From Candidatus Kerfeldbacteria bacterium (GTDB lineage Bacteria; Patescibacteriota; Patescibacteriia; UBA9570; XYC2-FULL-38-9): a stretch of DNA of 64,000 bases. The stretch lies in NCBI GenBank assembly GCA_016182555.1, contig JACPGJ010000008.1, positions 156,272 through 220,271 of the forward strand, given 5' to 3'. The notes under the pieces are model-generated. The model worked only from the letters and a program-made list of their open reading frames with translations, did not search any database and was not told the DNA's origin. The stretch's first letter is position 1, and each line of letters opens with the position of its first letter. Positions 18,195-28,699 of the stretch are shown here, piece by piece. Position numbers and translations under genes: made by a program.

Positions 18195-19550
18195 ATGATT
18201 CGATTTCGAGACGCTGTACAACTTACTCGCACCAAATTCAAAACACGCCGTGTACGCACCGTATTTGCCGCAATCTCTCTTTCCATTGGCAGCGTTATTA
18301 TTTTATCGCTGGTTATTTTTAGCGGCGGGGTTATGCACTTTGCGAAAGACCTTTTTCGAGATTCGCTGGCGGATCGTTCATTTGCTTCTGAACAATTTAT
18401 TCGACCCACCACGCAAAGTACGCCGGAACAATATTTGGAAAAATATACAGCCGAAGGTGCAAAAGCAATCTATGTCAATCGTAGCATTTTTGAATATGGT
18501 TTTACCTTTAGCGGAGAAAAATTCGATACCGGACAATTTAACCGAAGTACAATGAATCTTTCTGCAGTTGACCCGGTGTTTATTGCTGATGCACTATATG
18601 AGGGGCATTCATTTGAAAATACGTACGACGGAAAAATTCCTATTATTATCCCCGCTTCCTTTATTCTTGATGCAGAACAAGGCACCGAAGGTTTTTCGCT
18701 TCCTAATCCGGAAAATCAATATGAAGCCATTCAACAATATGCGTCTTCCTATATTGACCACACATTTTCACTTGCGACCATTGAATACGCTGGTGGTCGT
18801 GATGAAGAGAACATCTTAAAAACCACTGATATTGAAGTGATTGTTGTTGGCATTTCAAAAATAACAATGTTTGGTGGTGGTGGATCTTATTATCCATCAG
18901 ATCATTTTATTATTCCAAACTGGGCAGTTGATTCACAGGATTCCGTAAAACGGTTTTTCAAAAATTCAGAAAAAAATATTGTCTATGAATTTGAAACAAA
19001 AAAACAGCGCGATGCATTTGTCAAAACACGCAATGCGCTCCGTGAAACATATATAACCCCCGTCTATGGACCATTTGAAATGCTACAAGAAGCGTTCAAA
19101 TTCTTCCGTCGGGTTGCGTATAGTGTTGGCGGATTCTTCTTGGTGGTTTCAGCCTTGTTCCTGATGACCACGCTCGGCAAAATTATTGCGGACAGTAAAC
19201 AAGAGATCGGTGTTTTTCGTGCCGTTGGTGCGCAAAAAAACGATATTCGAAAAATCTATTTAATCTATGCATGGATTCTCAGTAGTCTAGGATACCTCAT
19301 CGGTTTAGGTTTGGCCTATATTCTGGCTATTCTGGCATCGCTCAAATGGGGAGAGAAAATATTTCACTTTATTTCCATTGCCGGAACATCGTATGATATT
19401 CCTTCACCAAAATTTATTTTTGTCAGCTTCCCCTTGCAAGCCTTGATCTTCTTCTATTTCATCACTCTCCTGATTGCGCTGTTCGCCTCACTTCTCCCTA
19501 TGCGCCGTGCTGCAAAAATGGATCCCGTGAAAGTATTGCGAGAACAATAA
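18195..19550 (+). CDS. ABC transporter permease, FtsX/MacB-like with large extracytoplasmic domain
   Basis: N-terminal TM, ~270 aa periplasmic region, C-terminal FtsX-like 3-TM bundle; 5 nt after the ATPase gene. Confidence 0.8.
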   Translation: MIRFRDAVQLTRTKFKTRRVRTVFAAISLSIGSVIILSLVIFSGGVMHFAKDLFRDSLADRSFASEQFIRPTTQSTPEQYLEKYTAEGAKAIYVNRSIFEYGFTFSGEKFDTGQFNRSTMNLSAVDPVFIADALYEGHSFENTYDGKIPIIIPASFILDAEQGTEGFSLPNPENQYEAIQQYASSYIDHTFSLATIEYAGGRDEENILKTTDIEVIVVGISKITMFGGGGSYYPSDHFIIPNWAVDSQDSVKRFFKNSEKNIVYEFETKKQRDAFVKTRNALRETYITPVYGPFEMLQEAFKFFRRVAYSVGGFFLVVSALFLMTTLGKIIADSKQEIGVFRAVGAQKNDIRKIYLIYAWILSSLGYLIGLGLAYILAILASLKWGEKIFHFISIAGTSYDIPSPKFIFVSFPLQALIFFYFITLLIALFASLLPMRRAAKMDPVKVLREQ

Positions 19551-19568
19551 CAGCGAGAACCCCTACAC

Positions 19569-19597
19569 TTGACAGAGCGCGCAGCTATGCGTATAAT
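19569..19597 (+). promoter_or_regulatory. Consensus sigma70-type promoter (TTGACA-17-TATAAT) in typA leader
   Basis: ttgaca at 19569-19574, 17-nt spacer, tataat at 19592-19597; the -10 lies in the loop of the palindrome cagctatg(19582-19589)/catagctg(19598-19605). Confidence 0.5.
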
Positions 19598-19616
19598 CAT
19601 AGCTGTATTTTCTATG

Positions 19617-19649
19617 CTTCTGCTGTTGTATTGCAAGCAGATTTTTTTT
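19617..19649 (+). terminator. Hairpin + T8 (intrinsic terminator/attenuator) between FtsX-like gene and typA
   Basis: ctgctg(19620-19625) pairs with caagcag(19634-19640, one bulge), then tttttttt 19642-19649; 29 nt before the typA ATG. Confidence 0.45.
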
Positions 19650-19677
19650 AACAAACAAATTAGACCAGAGACTATTT

Positions 19678-21486
19678 ATGAACATTCGAAACGTTGCCAT
19701 TATTGCTCACGTTGACCACGGAAAAACTACGCTGGTCGATGCATTATTGCGTCAATCCAAAACTCACCTCAATAAAGAAGAAGCCGGGTCAGATTTAATT
19801 ATGGATAGCAATGACTTGGAACGTGAACGCGGCATCACCATTTTTTCTAAAAATGCTTCGGTCAAATGGAAAGAGACTAAAATTAATATTATTGACACTC
19901 CCGGCCACGCAGATTTCGGTGGTGAAGTAGAACGCGTGCTCAAAATGGCAGATGGCGCCCTGTTACTCGTTGACGCGAAAGAAGGACCGATGCCGCAAAC
20001 TCGTTTTGTATTGCGAAAGGCACTGGCATTAAAATTGAAAGTGTTGGTGGTGATTAACAAAATTGATAAACCAGGAGCAAATGTGGACCACGCGTTGAAC
20101 AAAGTCTTTGATTTGTTTGTGGAACTGGGTGCTGATGATGCAACGCTTGATTTTCCAATTATTTACGCTTCAGGGAAAGCGGGAAAAGCTGGCTTGGAAC
20201 CAGATATCAATACAATGAACGATATCTCCCCTATTTTTGAAGCGATTCTCGAACACATTCCTGCACCAGCTGTTGACCCCGCCGCGCCGCTACAAATGTT
20301 GATTACCACGATTAGCGCTGATGATTTTAAAGGACGCATTGCGACTGGCCGTATTCATAACGGCACTCTGCGCGCTGGCCAAGACGTGATGCACATTAAC
20401 CGCGCTGGCGAAATGAAAAAATATCGCTTGATGGCGCTCATGACCTTCGAAGGTCTGCAACGAGTAGACGCGCAAGAAGCCTACGCTGGAGATATTGTCG
20501 CGATTGCCGGAATTCCAGAAATTGGCATTGGAGAAACGGTTGCCGATGTGACGGCGCCCGTTGCGCTCCCGGTGCTAGATATTGAAGAGCCAACCGTGAA
20601 AATGACTTTCCGCGTCAACGATTCACCCTTTGCTGGCAAAGAAGGTCAATTTAGTACATCACGCCAAATTCGTGAACGCTTATACAAAGAATTGGAAACC
20701 GATATGGCGCTGCTTGTAGAAGACGGACCTGCAGCCGATTGGATTGTTTCTGGACGTGGTGAATTGCACCTCGCTATTTTGATTGAACGCCTGCGCCGTG
20801 AAGGATATGAATTCCAGGTTTCTCGCCCACAAGTGATTGTAAAAGAAGTGAATGGTCAAAAGATGACGCCTTATGAACGGCTCTATATTGAAGTACCAGA
20901 AGAACATTCGGGAACGGTTATTCAAAAACTCTCCAGCCGACGTGGCGAATTGCAAGATATGAAAACAGAAGAGAATATTGTTTTCTTGGAATTTTTGATT
21001 CCGACTCGTGGATTATTTGGCTACCATAGCGAGTTCCTGACAGATACGAAGGGATTGGGTATTATGAATTCCATTTTTGATGAATATAAACCCGACCCAG
21101 GAAAATGGTTGGAGCGTGATCGCGGTTCGTTGGTGGCGCATGAAACCGGCACAACCAAATTGTATGGTTTATTGAATGTACAAGACCGTGGCGTGATGTT
21201 TGTGGGTCCTGGTGTTGCGGTGTATAAAGGCCAAGTCGTGGGCCAAAATGCGCGCAAAGAAGATATTGCGGTGAATGTGTGTAAAGAAAAACAACTCTCA
21301 AATATGCGTTCAAAGGGTGATGGTGTCAATGAATATTTTAAAGCACCGCGCGTGATGGGCTTGGAAGACGCAATTGAATATATTAGTGATGATGAATTGG
21401 TAGAAATTACGCCTAAAAATATTCGTATTCGGAAAGAGATATTGGATGAAATAGAAGCAAAGAAGAAGGCAAGAGGTATGGTATAA
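19678..21486 (+). CDS. typA: Translational GTPase TypA/BipA
   Basis: MNIRNVAIIAHVDHGKTTLVDALL, DTPGHADFGGEVER, NKIDK; 602 aa. Confidence 0.95.
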   Translation: MNIRNVAIIAHVDHGKTTLVDALLRQSKTHLNKEEAGSDLIMDSNDLERERGITIFSKNASVKWKETKINIIDTPGHADFGGEVERVLKMADGALLLVDAKEGPMPQTRFVLRKALALKLKVLVVINKIDKPGANVDHALNKVFDLFVELGADDATLDFPIIYASGKAGKAGLEPDINTMNDISPIFEAILEHIPAPAVDPAAPLQMLITTISADDFKGRIATGRIHNGTLRAGQDVMHINRAGEMKKYRLMALMTFEGLQRVDAQEAYAGDIVAIAGIPEIGIGETVADVTAPVALPVLDIEEPTVKMTFRVNDSPFAGKEGQFSTSRQIRERLYKELETDMALLVEDGPAADWIVSGRGELHLAILIERLRREGYEFQVSRPQVIVKEVNGQKMTPYERLYIEVPEEHSGTVIQKLSSRRGELQDMKTEENIVFLEFLIPTRGLFGYHSEFLTDTKGLGIMNSIFDEYKPDPGKWLERDRGSLVAHETGTTKLYGLLNVQDRGVMFVGPGVAVYKGQVVGQNARKEDIAVNVCKEKQLSNMRSKGDGVNEYFKAPRVMGLEDAIEYISDDELVEITPKNIRIRKEILDEIEAKKKARGMV

Positions 21487-21525
21487 TGATATTGGCCTTC
21501 CCGCCAATTCTTCGAGAGCTTCGTT

Positions 21526-22599
21526 TTGCTTCGCAAAGCCGTGCTCTCGGAAGACATTTCGCTGCGGCCAATAAAACAATTATATACCTCTATGCAGAAA
21601 GAATCATTACAAAACCAAGCACAAAAGGTGATGGTCAAGATTGGTTTTTTGGATGCAAAAGAGATATATAGTGGAAAATGGTATGACGGATCGTTGCGGA
21701 ATAGTATTTTTAGTGGTGTGTATGAAGGGAAACCAGCCGTGTTGAAAATGTATGACGACCCACGAGTGACCGATGAGCCATTGCAATTAAAAAAATTTCA
21801 CGAATTATTTGATTCTGTAAAACCTTCTATTATTACTGCGCCAGAACTATATCGATACGAAATCACTTCACCAACGAGTGGGTGGTTTGTGATGGAACAT
21901 CTTCCAGAGGGAAAATTTTTTCCTTCTCCTATGAATGCGACAGAGCGAACAGAATTTTTGAATGTCTATCATGCGTATCGTAGCGTGTTTCCAAAAACCG
22001 CAACGCGCCCCTTACTGCTTCATGAACGTTTTCGTGCTGACCAATTTCATCTAGCCAATATCAGTCGTTGGATCAATATTGCGGGTTTGCAAGAAGCACA
22101 ATTTGCATTAGATGGAAAACCAACACTCTTGAATACGCCGGAATTTGTTGAACTCTACACCAATGCTGAAAAAATTATTCGCCAAGAATTTATGCAGCGG
22201 CCCATGATTTGGTGCCACGGGCATTTTAAAGCACACGAAGTCTACAAAACGAATAACGGCCGATATTATCTGCTCGATTTTGCCCACACGCACCTCTACC
22301 CTGAAGGTTACGAATTTGGGTTTATGGTCTGGGCAGATCAATTCACTACACTACAATCAAAAACTACAATGAACGGTTTAGAAGCAGAGGTACGCAACTG
22401 GATTGCTGCATTTGAACCGATTGCGACAGAACTCAACATAAAAAACTTCTCGGAGCTTGCACGAGCCAGCCTGATTGAACGCCTCATGGGAACAATAACT
22501 GCTGATGTCGTTGGCAATGTGAATATGCCCTACGAAGAACGCGCACGCCGCATGACATTGCTCATGCCGTTGTGCCAACAGTTGATTGACGAATATTAA
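21526..22599 (+). CDS. Protein-kinase-like fold protein (aminoglycoside phosphotransferase-like)
   Basis: WCHGHFKAHEV (HGD-like catalytic loop) and LLDFAHT (DFG/IDxE-like) in the C-lobe; true start may be the Met at 21592. Confidence 0.45.
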   Translation: MLRKAVLSEDISLRPIKQLYTSMQKESLQNQAQKVMVKIGFLDAKEIYSGKWYDGSLRNSIFSGVYEGKPAVLKMYDDPRVTDEPLQLKKFHELFDSVKPSIITAPELYRYEITSPTSGWFVMEHLPEGKFFPSPMNATERTEFLNVYHAYRSVFPKTATRPLLLHERFRADQFHLANISRWINIAGLQEAQFALDGKPTLLNTPEFVELYTNAEKIIRQEFMQRPMIWCHGHFKAHEVYKTNNGRYYLLDFAHTHLYPEGYEFGFMVWADQFTTLQSKTTMNGLEAEVRNWIAAFEPIATELNIKNFSELARASLIERLMGTITADVVGNVNMPYEERARRMTLLMPLCQQLIDEY

Positions 22600-23591
22600 A
22601 GCGGAGTTGGATACGTATCGTTACTGATTTCCCGTGAGAAACAATAACGGCCAGCTGGGTGATTCCAAGAATTCACTCCTTTTGAATAGATATATGAAGA
22701 CATTGAACTCGAAGCATCATCGCTCGATTTTGAAAATTTTGCGCACAACTCGAATGTGTTTGTTCCGGTGACATTATAACTATATTTTGGCGGCATCAAT
22801 TGATCACCAGTTGTGTCTGCTTGTGGGTCAGTCGGTATTTTCCCTGTATAAATATATGGACTCAATTGATTCATTTCTGTCGGTAATTCCCCTTTGTCAT
22901 TCCAATAACCATAGACCGCCGATTCCAATGCAGAAAGATCGCTCACTCGTTTTTCATCTAAGCGATACAAGCGCTGCTGCTGGGGTGACCCGGCAATAAA
23001 AAACCCACCAATAATTGCTGCGAATACGATGGCAATAACCGGCCAGGCAATCATGCGCAAATCGCGTGCTGGTTTTTCTTGGTGCACATCCCAAAGGTAA
23101 TACCCAAAAATCGTTCCAGCGACCAACAACACCGAAAGCGCCTTCAAGAAAAAACGCATCGTCAGCTCTCCATCCAAAAAATTATATACAATACTTACTA
23201 AATCACCACCAATAATAATGGTTGCTAAAAATAGGGTGAAAAAAATTAACCACTTTCGCAAGCGCATGTTCCGCGCATTAATATCTTTACGATATTCTTT
23301 GGTCAACAACCAGGATGTCACCATGAACCCCGGGAAAACAATAATCAAAGAAGAAATAGCAAACCGCAGTGGACCTTGATAGTGTAATGTATACCCTCCA
23401 CTAAACAGCGGATCTGGAAACCACACATTCACGTACTGAAATAAGAGCGTGAGAAAACTTGCTGCTGAAAAATAGAGCGTCACAATGACCAGCAAATGCA
23501 TAAACACATCTTTGGGTGACAAATGCACCTTCTGCTCTTTCTCTTTTTGTTTCACGGTTGATTTTTTCTTTTCCTCCTTTTTTGTTTTCAT
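22596..23591 (-). CDS. Hypothetical polytopic membrane protein with lysine-rich N-terminus
   Basis: MKTKKEEKKKSTVKQKEKEQK... then 6-7 predicted TM helices and Ser/Thr-rich C-terminal extracellular tail. Confidence 0.5.
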   Translation of the reverse strand: MKTKKEEKKKSTVKQKEKEQKVHLSPKDVFMHLLVIVTLYFSAASFLTLLFQYVNVWFPDPLFSGGYTLHYQGPLRFAISSLIIVFPGFMVTSWLLTKEYRKDINARNMRLRKWLIFFTLFLATIIIGGDLVSIVYNFLDGELTMRFFLKALSVLLVAGTIFGYYLWDVHQEKPARDLRMIAWPVIAIVFAAIIGGFFIAGSPQQQRLYRLDEKRVSDLSALESAVYGYWNDKGELPTEMNQLSPYIYTGKIPTDPQADTTGDQLMPPKYSYNVTGTNTFELCAKFSKSSDDASSSMSSYIYSKGVNSWNHPAGRYCFSREISNDTYPTPL

Positions 23592-23626
23592 ACAAAAAAT
23601 TACTAATAGATAGTCCTGTCAGTATA

Positions 23627-24307
23627 TCAGATACAATACATTTCGTGTAGCGCAATCGCCAACGCCTGCGATACATTCAACGATTCGAGTTGTGCCTCAT
23701 GGCCAATACTGAGCGATTCACCAACAATCGGTAACTGAATCCCCTGCCCTTCAGAACCGGCAATCAGAACAACCGGCTGGGTATTTTTTTTGCGAAGATC
23801 CGCTACCGTACAGACTGCCAAATCATTGGCTTCTAAACGAAAAATAGTCCCTTGGAATGCTTGAATATACGCAACAGCATCTTCCCGCGTAATAGAACGC
23901 CACGGCACATGAAACAATGCACCAACAGACGAACGCACCACTTTTGGATTGGTCACATCGACAGAATCAATCAATACCAACGATGCGGCAAACCCCAAAC
24001 ACAAACGCAGAATGGCACCAACGTTTCCCGGGTCTTGTACACCATCCAACACCACAATTGTTTTTCGTGAACGAATATCTGCATCTGACCATTCAGGAAT
24101 ACGTGCTACAGCGGCAACATCTTGTGGTGTTTCTGTCGTTACCAATTCGTTAAATGCCGCACTATCTTCTTGACGAAAAACAAATTCCACCGCGTCACTA
24201 GCAGTGCGGACCACTTTCTCTCCTTCCACAATACACTTCCCCGCTTTCTCTCTTCCTTTTTTTGTGTGCAGTGAACGAATCAATTTTTCCTGCGCATGCA
24301 TTAACAT
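23627..24307 (-). CDS. RlmB/TrmH-family RNA 2'-O-methyltransferase
   Basis: N-terminal substrate-binding region (VEGEKVV), SPOUT motifs VVLDGVQDPGNVGAILR and LIAGSEGQGI. Confidence 0.85.
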   Translation of the reverse strand: MLMHAQEKLIRSLHTKKGREKAGKCIVEGEKVVRTASDAVEFVFRQEDSAAFNELVTTETPQDVAAVARIPEWSDADIRSRKTIVVLDGVQDPGNVGAILRLCLGFAASLVLIDSVDVTNPKVVRSSVGALFHVPWRSITREDAVAYIQAFQGTIFRLEANDLAVCTVADLRKKNTQPVVLIAGSEGQGIQLPIVGESLSIGHEAQLESLNVSQALAIALHEMYCI

Positions 24308-24378
24308 ACCGTATGTACTATATCACATACGTGGGGCACCTCATAGGCATAGCAGCGCAGAATTATTCAAGACAAGTA

Positions 24379-24552
24379 TTATTGAATAATTTCATCTTTC
24401 TCCCTAGACGCTGCTCTCATTTGTTGTCTCACTTGTTCAATTTTCAATGATAAATCGAGAAGTTGTTCATAATAGGCAATAGACGGAGAATGGCGGAAAT
24501 GTTGAAACCGATTTTTCCATTCAGCCAATTGTGTTTGTGTAGAGATAGCCAT
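24379..24552 (-). CDS. Small hypothetical protein (57 aa)
   Basis: ORF MAISTQTQLAEWKNRFQHFRHSPSIAYYEQLLDLSLKIEQVRQQMRAASREKDEIIQ in the 0.5-kb gap between the RlmB-like and beta-propeller genes; below the ORF-track size cut-off. Confidence 0.25.
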   Translation of the reverse strand: MAISTQTQLAEWKNRFQHFRHSPSIAYYEQLLDLSLKIEQVRQQMRAASREKDEIIQ

Positions 24553-24805
24553 GTGTTGTTCCTTAATAATAAAATTTATCTATAGTATATCTGTACTCGT
24601 AAAAAACCCTATATAAATCATGTATAAAAAAAATAACTTTTTTTATACATCTCTCATGAACAAATCATAAACACAGTCTCCTCGTTTAGTTTAAGGATGT
24701 AATATATTGGTAAATAGCGTACTTATCCTCAATAGAAGAGAAGAGCCAGTCGCAACATTGGCCACTATTCGCTATAATCAACGATATATTATTTATTGAA
24801 TTCGT

Positions 24806-26830
24806 ATGCACAACAACATGGCATCAAAATCTGTGCTCGTATTAGCCCTCCTGGTCATTGTCATCGGTGGGTGGGCAATTGCCGACCGGTATACGCAATC
24901 TCCGAAACAGATTGGTGATGTCGTATTTTTTGACCGAGAAAAAACACCTGAAGAAGTGCAAGCATTTACATCTGCAGATGAATTTCGCCAATATCTTGCA
25001 GCAGCGCATAATGTGAGAAGCAACAATTATTATCAATTTACTGGTGCCGCACCCAAAGCAGCAATAGATGAACTCGGTACAAATAGTGGTGTTTCTATGG
25101 ATTCTGATTCATATACACTCGGAAGCGCAGAACAATCAATTACCGATAGCGTTGGGCGTTCTTCCACCACCAATGTGCAAACAGAAGGAATCGATGAACC
25201 AGATATTGTGAAGACCAATGGTGAAAATATTTTTTACTCACCCGAAAATAACTACATTATGTTTGAACGCCCCATGATGGGTTCAGGCATCACGGAAGAC
25301 TCCAAACAGACAAACGAATATTCTGCCAAAACCAACGTAATTGACCCCCTTCCAATCAACAATATCAACATTGCGGCAAACATTCCGGAACAAGGTGATT
25401 TGTTACTTGACGGTAACATCTTAATGGTCCTCACGTATGACCACATCACTGGTTATGATGTGACGGACCCGAAAGCACCGAAGGAAAGCTGGAAATTAAA
25501 TTTCACAGAAAAAACCAGCTATACTACGGCACGATTAAAAGATCACCATCTTTTTTTAGTAACCAATACCTCGAATAATCAAACAACACCGTGTCCACTC
25601 AGCCCACTCAAACGAGGAGAAGATGCCGTGGTTATTGAATGTACCGGCATCTATCACCCAATGGAGATTGTGCCCAGTGATATTACCTATTCAGTCATGA
25701 ATGTGAACCCCACAACCGGCGCAGTAGCTGACCAGGTGGGCTTTGTTGGCTCTGAATCAAATGCGATTTTGTATATGTCGACGGACAACCTGTATATCGC
25801 GTATGCACACCCAACAGACTTATTCAAATTTATTTATGAATTCTTTAGCACCGATGGGAAAGACTTGGTGTCTGCAGATATTCTGGAACAAATGAAAAAA
25901 ATTAATAGTTATGATATTTCCGAAAGTTCAAAAATAAATGAAATGGGAACGATTATGGAAGACTACATGGATTCGCTCACAGAAGAAGAGAAAAATCGTT
26001 TTGAAGATGGCGAAGAGCGTATTCAAACCTATTTTGATAAACGAAAACGTGAATTAGAAACCAGCGGCCTCACTCGTATTGCCCTTGATACACTTGATAT
26101 TGCCGCTTCTACCACGATTGCTGGCAGTCCGTTAAATCAATTTTCCATGGATGAATATGAAGGCCATCTTCGTATCGCCACAACCGTGGGTAGTGGGCGA
26201 AATGATTTTGGTGATTTATCTCACAGTGCCAACGATCTCTATGTACTGAATGAACAGTTAGAAACTGTTGGCCAAGTACAAGACCTTGGGCTCGGTGAAC
26301 GGGTGTATTCGGCGAGATTTATTGGAGATATAGGATATCTCGTTACCTTCCGGCAAACCGATCCATTATATGTCTTTGACTTATCCGATCCAAAATATCC
26401 ACGCAAAACAGGTGAATTAAAAATTCCTGGTTACTCATCATACCTGCACCCCATTAACGACACGCTATTGATTGGTGTTGGAAAAGAGGATCAACAAGTA
26501 AAAGTATCGCTCTTCGATGTGTCCGATAAAACCAACCCGAAAGAAATTGCGCAACAAAAATTAGAAGACTATTGGTCGGAAGCGATAGATAATCACCATG
26601 CATTCTTACTCGATGATGAAAAGAAACTCTTCTTTATGCCAGGCAGTACTGGTGGCTATATCTTCTTGTACGACAATAATACCCTCGCACTGAAAAAATC
26701 GTTGAGTGAAAATCTCCAAGCAAAACGGGCAGTATACATCAATGATGCCTTATACATTCTTGGAACCCAGAAGATGATTGTCATTGACGAAAATACCTTG
26801 GAAAAGAGCGCTGAACTTTCTCTTCAATAA
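24806..26830 (+). CDS. Secreted beta-propeller domain protein (PF09826-like)
   Basis: N-terminal TM/signal, C-terminal region with DPLYVFDLSDPKYPRKTGELKIPGYSSYLHPINDTLLIGVGKE typical of the archaeal/CPR Beta_propel family. Confidence 0.65.
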   Translation: MHNNMASKSVLVLALLVIVIGGWAIADRYTQSPKQIGDVVFFDREKTPEEVQAFTSADEFRQYLAAAHNVRSNNYYQFTGAAPKAAIDELGTNSGVSMDSDSYTLGSAEQSITDSVGRSSTTNVQTEGIDEPDIVKTNGENIFYSPENNYIMFERPMMGSGITEDSKQTNEYSAKTNVIDPLPINNINIAANIPEQGDLLLDGNILMVLTYDHITGYDVTDPKAPKESWKLNFTEKTSYTTARLKDHHLFLVTNTSNNQTTPCPLSPLKRGEDAVVIECTGIYHPMEIVPSDITYSVMNVNPTTGAVADQVGFVGSESNAILYMSTDNLYIAYAHPTDLFKFIYEFFSTDGKDLVSADILEQMKKINSYDISESSKINEMGTIMEDYMDSLTEEEKNRFEDGEERIQTYFDKRKRELETSGLTRIALDTLDIAASTTIAGSPLNQFSMDEYEGHLRIATTVGSGRNDFGDLSHSANDLYVLNEQLETVGQVQDLGLGERVYSARFIGDIGYLVTFRQTDPLYVFDLSDPKYPRKTGELKIPGYSSYLHPINDTLLIGVGKEDQQVKVSLFDVSDKTNPKEIAQQKLEDYWSEAIDNHHAFLLDDEKKLFFMPGSTGGYIFLYDNNTLALKKSLSENLQAKRAVYINDALYILGTQKMIVIDENTLEKSAELSLQ

Positions 26831-26972
26831 AATTTAGCCTCAACAATTAAAGCTCAACTGTACAGTATGTACAAAACAGTTGGGCTTTTTTTGGCACTTT
26901 TTGTATTGTTTGTCCACAGTATGCTCTCTATACTACAAATAGATAAAGAATAATTATTAACAAAAAAAACGT

Positions 26973-27176
26973 ATGAACATGCAAACACAAGGTCAAAAAA
27001 GTACACGTGGTTTTGCATCCATGGACCCAAACAAGCAACGCGCTATTGCCAGCAAAGGCGGACAAGCTGCGCATGCCAAGGGCACGGCTCATGAATTTAC
27101 TTCCGAAGAAGCACGTATTGCGGGGCGAAAAGGCGGCAAGGCATCGCACAGCCGAAGCGGTACGGTGAATCAATAG
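26973..27176 (+). CDS. KGG-repeat general stress protein (YciG-like)
   Basis: ASKGGQAAHAKG and AGRKGGKASH KGG repeats; 67 aa. Confidence 0.75.
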   Translation: MNMQTQGQKSTRGFASMDPNKQRAIASKGGQAAHAKGTAHEFTSEEARIAGRKGGKASHSRSGTVNQ

Positions 27177-27361
27177 TCAACGTCGTTGCTACATTCAATG
27201 GGCAGGTAATACGTCGTCGTATCGCCTGCCCTTGAATGAACGCTTTACGAACCGCACGTTGGGCACATCCCCTCAATCAAAGGCGTGTCACAGTTTGGAC
27301 AATGTGATATATTCATAATTTTTTTATTTTAGAGTAATCCTTGGATTGCCCTATTTCTATT

Positions 27362-28693
27362 TTAAGATAAATATCGCAAGTATAACGCTCCGTATGCAAC
27401 GAGTGAATTGATGAGAACTAAGGGAAAAGCCACCACAAGATATTTCAAAAATACCGTGTGCAGCTTCGCCTGCTCTGCCTGACCAAATGCAATAACATTA
27501 CAAGCAGCACCAATAGGAGAGCCTGCGCCACCAATGGATGTTCCAAGATTCAGCGCCCACCAAAGTGGATAGACAAAAATACCAGATGCCGCCATCGCTT
27601 TAATAGCACCAACCATGGCAATATTATATGGCACATTATCAATAAATGTCGATAACGTACCAGAACCCACAGTGATAAAAAAGAGTAACGCGTTACTGTT
27701 ACCATGAGTCAATGTTATCATAACGTCAGCGAGCTTGTGAATGACTCCAGTGAATTCCAATGAACCCACGACAATAAACAAACCGGTAAAGAAAAAAATA
27801 ATTTCCCAATCGATCATGTGTTCCAATACATGTTTCACCTCTTTTTCAAAAATAAACAAGAGCAGAAATGCACCAGCAAAAGTAATTGTTGCGTTATCTA
27901 GTGTAACACCAGTTTTATTAAAAATAGCTTCGCGGCCTATCATGAGCAAAATAGCAAGAATCAATACTGGCATACCGACAGCCAAAATTTTTCTATTTTT
28001 TATGGCAGATTTTGGGTCAAACATTTCAATGTCTTTGGCTTTGATATGCACTCGTGCAAGTGGCTTCCGAAAAACCAACAATGTGTAGAGTACAGTGACC
28101 ACAGATAATATAAGCACAATCATTCCAGAATTACTCACCACCTCCATAAAACCTAAACCCACCGTTTTTGCTTGGTAATAGGTTGTTGGATCAGAAATAG
28201 GAGTCATAGCACCGCCAATATTGGCCATCGTGATCATCACAAAAAAATAAGGCAAATACGGCAGTTTGAGTTCACGAATAAGTACCAACAATACGGGACT
28301 TAAAATAAGAATAGTTGGAATATTAGATAAAAAAGTGGTCATCATCAGAGTTAAATAAGCAAAAACCACCAATAACAAGCGCGGTTTCCCTTGAGTAAAT
28401 TTCACCAATCGAATAGCTAAAGATTCAAAAATACCAGACTCGCGTACCACTCCAACTAAAATCATCATTCCAATAATGAAACCTAATACATCAAGGTTAT
28501 TTTTCACATACTCCAAAGCACCCGTTTGTGAAGAATGTTCTGGCGTTCGGAAAACTTGTAAAAAAATAAGCAACGCGGCCGCCAACATGACTACAATCAC
28601 TTTATGAATTTTTTCCGATATCAAAAATACATACACGGCGAGCAATGTAAAAATAGATATCAATGCATACAATGTCAGAGACCCTGTTTCCAT
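27362..28693 (-). CDS. ArsB/NhaD-superfamily anion permease
   Basis: 443 aa, ~12 TM with internal duplication typical of ArsB/NhaD/CitMHS permeases. Confidence 0.65.
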   Translation of the reverse strand: METGSLTLYALISIFTLLAVYVFLISEKIHKVIVVMLAAALLIFLQVFRTPEHSSQTGALEYVKNNLDVLGFIIGMMILVGVVRESGIFESLAIRLVKFTQGKPRLLLVVFAYLTLMMTTFLSNIPTILILSPVLLVLIRELKLPYLPYFFVMITMANIGGAMTPISDPTTYYQAKTVGLGFMEVVSNSGMIVLILSVVTVLYTLLVFRKPLARVHIKAKDIEMFDPKSAIKNRKILAVGMPVLILAILLMIGREAIFNKTGVTLDNATITFAGAFLLLFIFEKEVKHVLEHMIDWEIIFFFTGLFIVVGSLEFTGVIHKLADVMITLTHGNSNALLFFITVGSGTLSTFIDNVPYNIAMVGAIKAMAASGIFVYPLWWALNLGTSIGGAGSPIGAACNVIAFGQAEQAKLHTVFLKYLVVAFPLVLINSLVAYGALYLRYLS

Positions 28694-28699
28694 ACACTA

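Noticed and set aside
20680-21638. Minus-strand ORFs of 91-205 aa overlapping typA
   Set aside because: Entirely contained in the typA coding region, which has unmistakable GTPase motifs; antisense artefacts.
27195-27235. Hairpin gggcagg...cctgccc after the KGG-repeat gene as an intrinsic terminator
   Set aside because: Stem is short and not followed by a T-tract; could be a weak or Rho-dependent site but cannot be supported.
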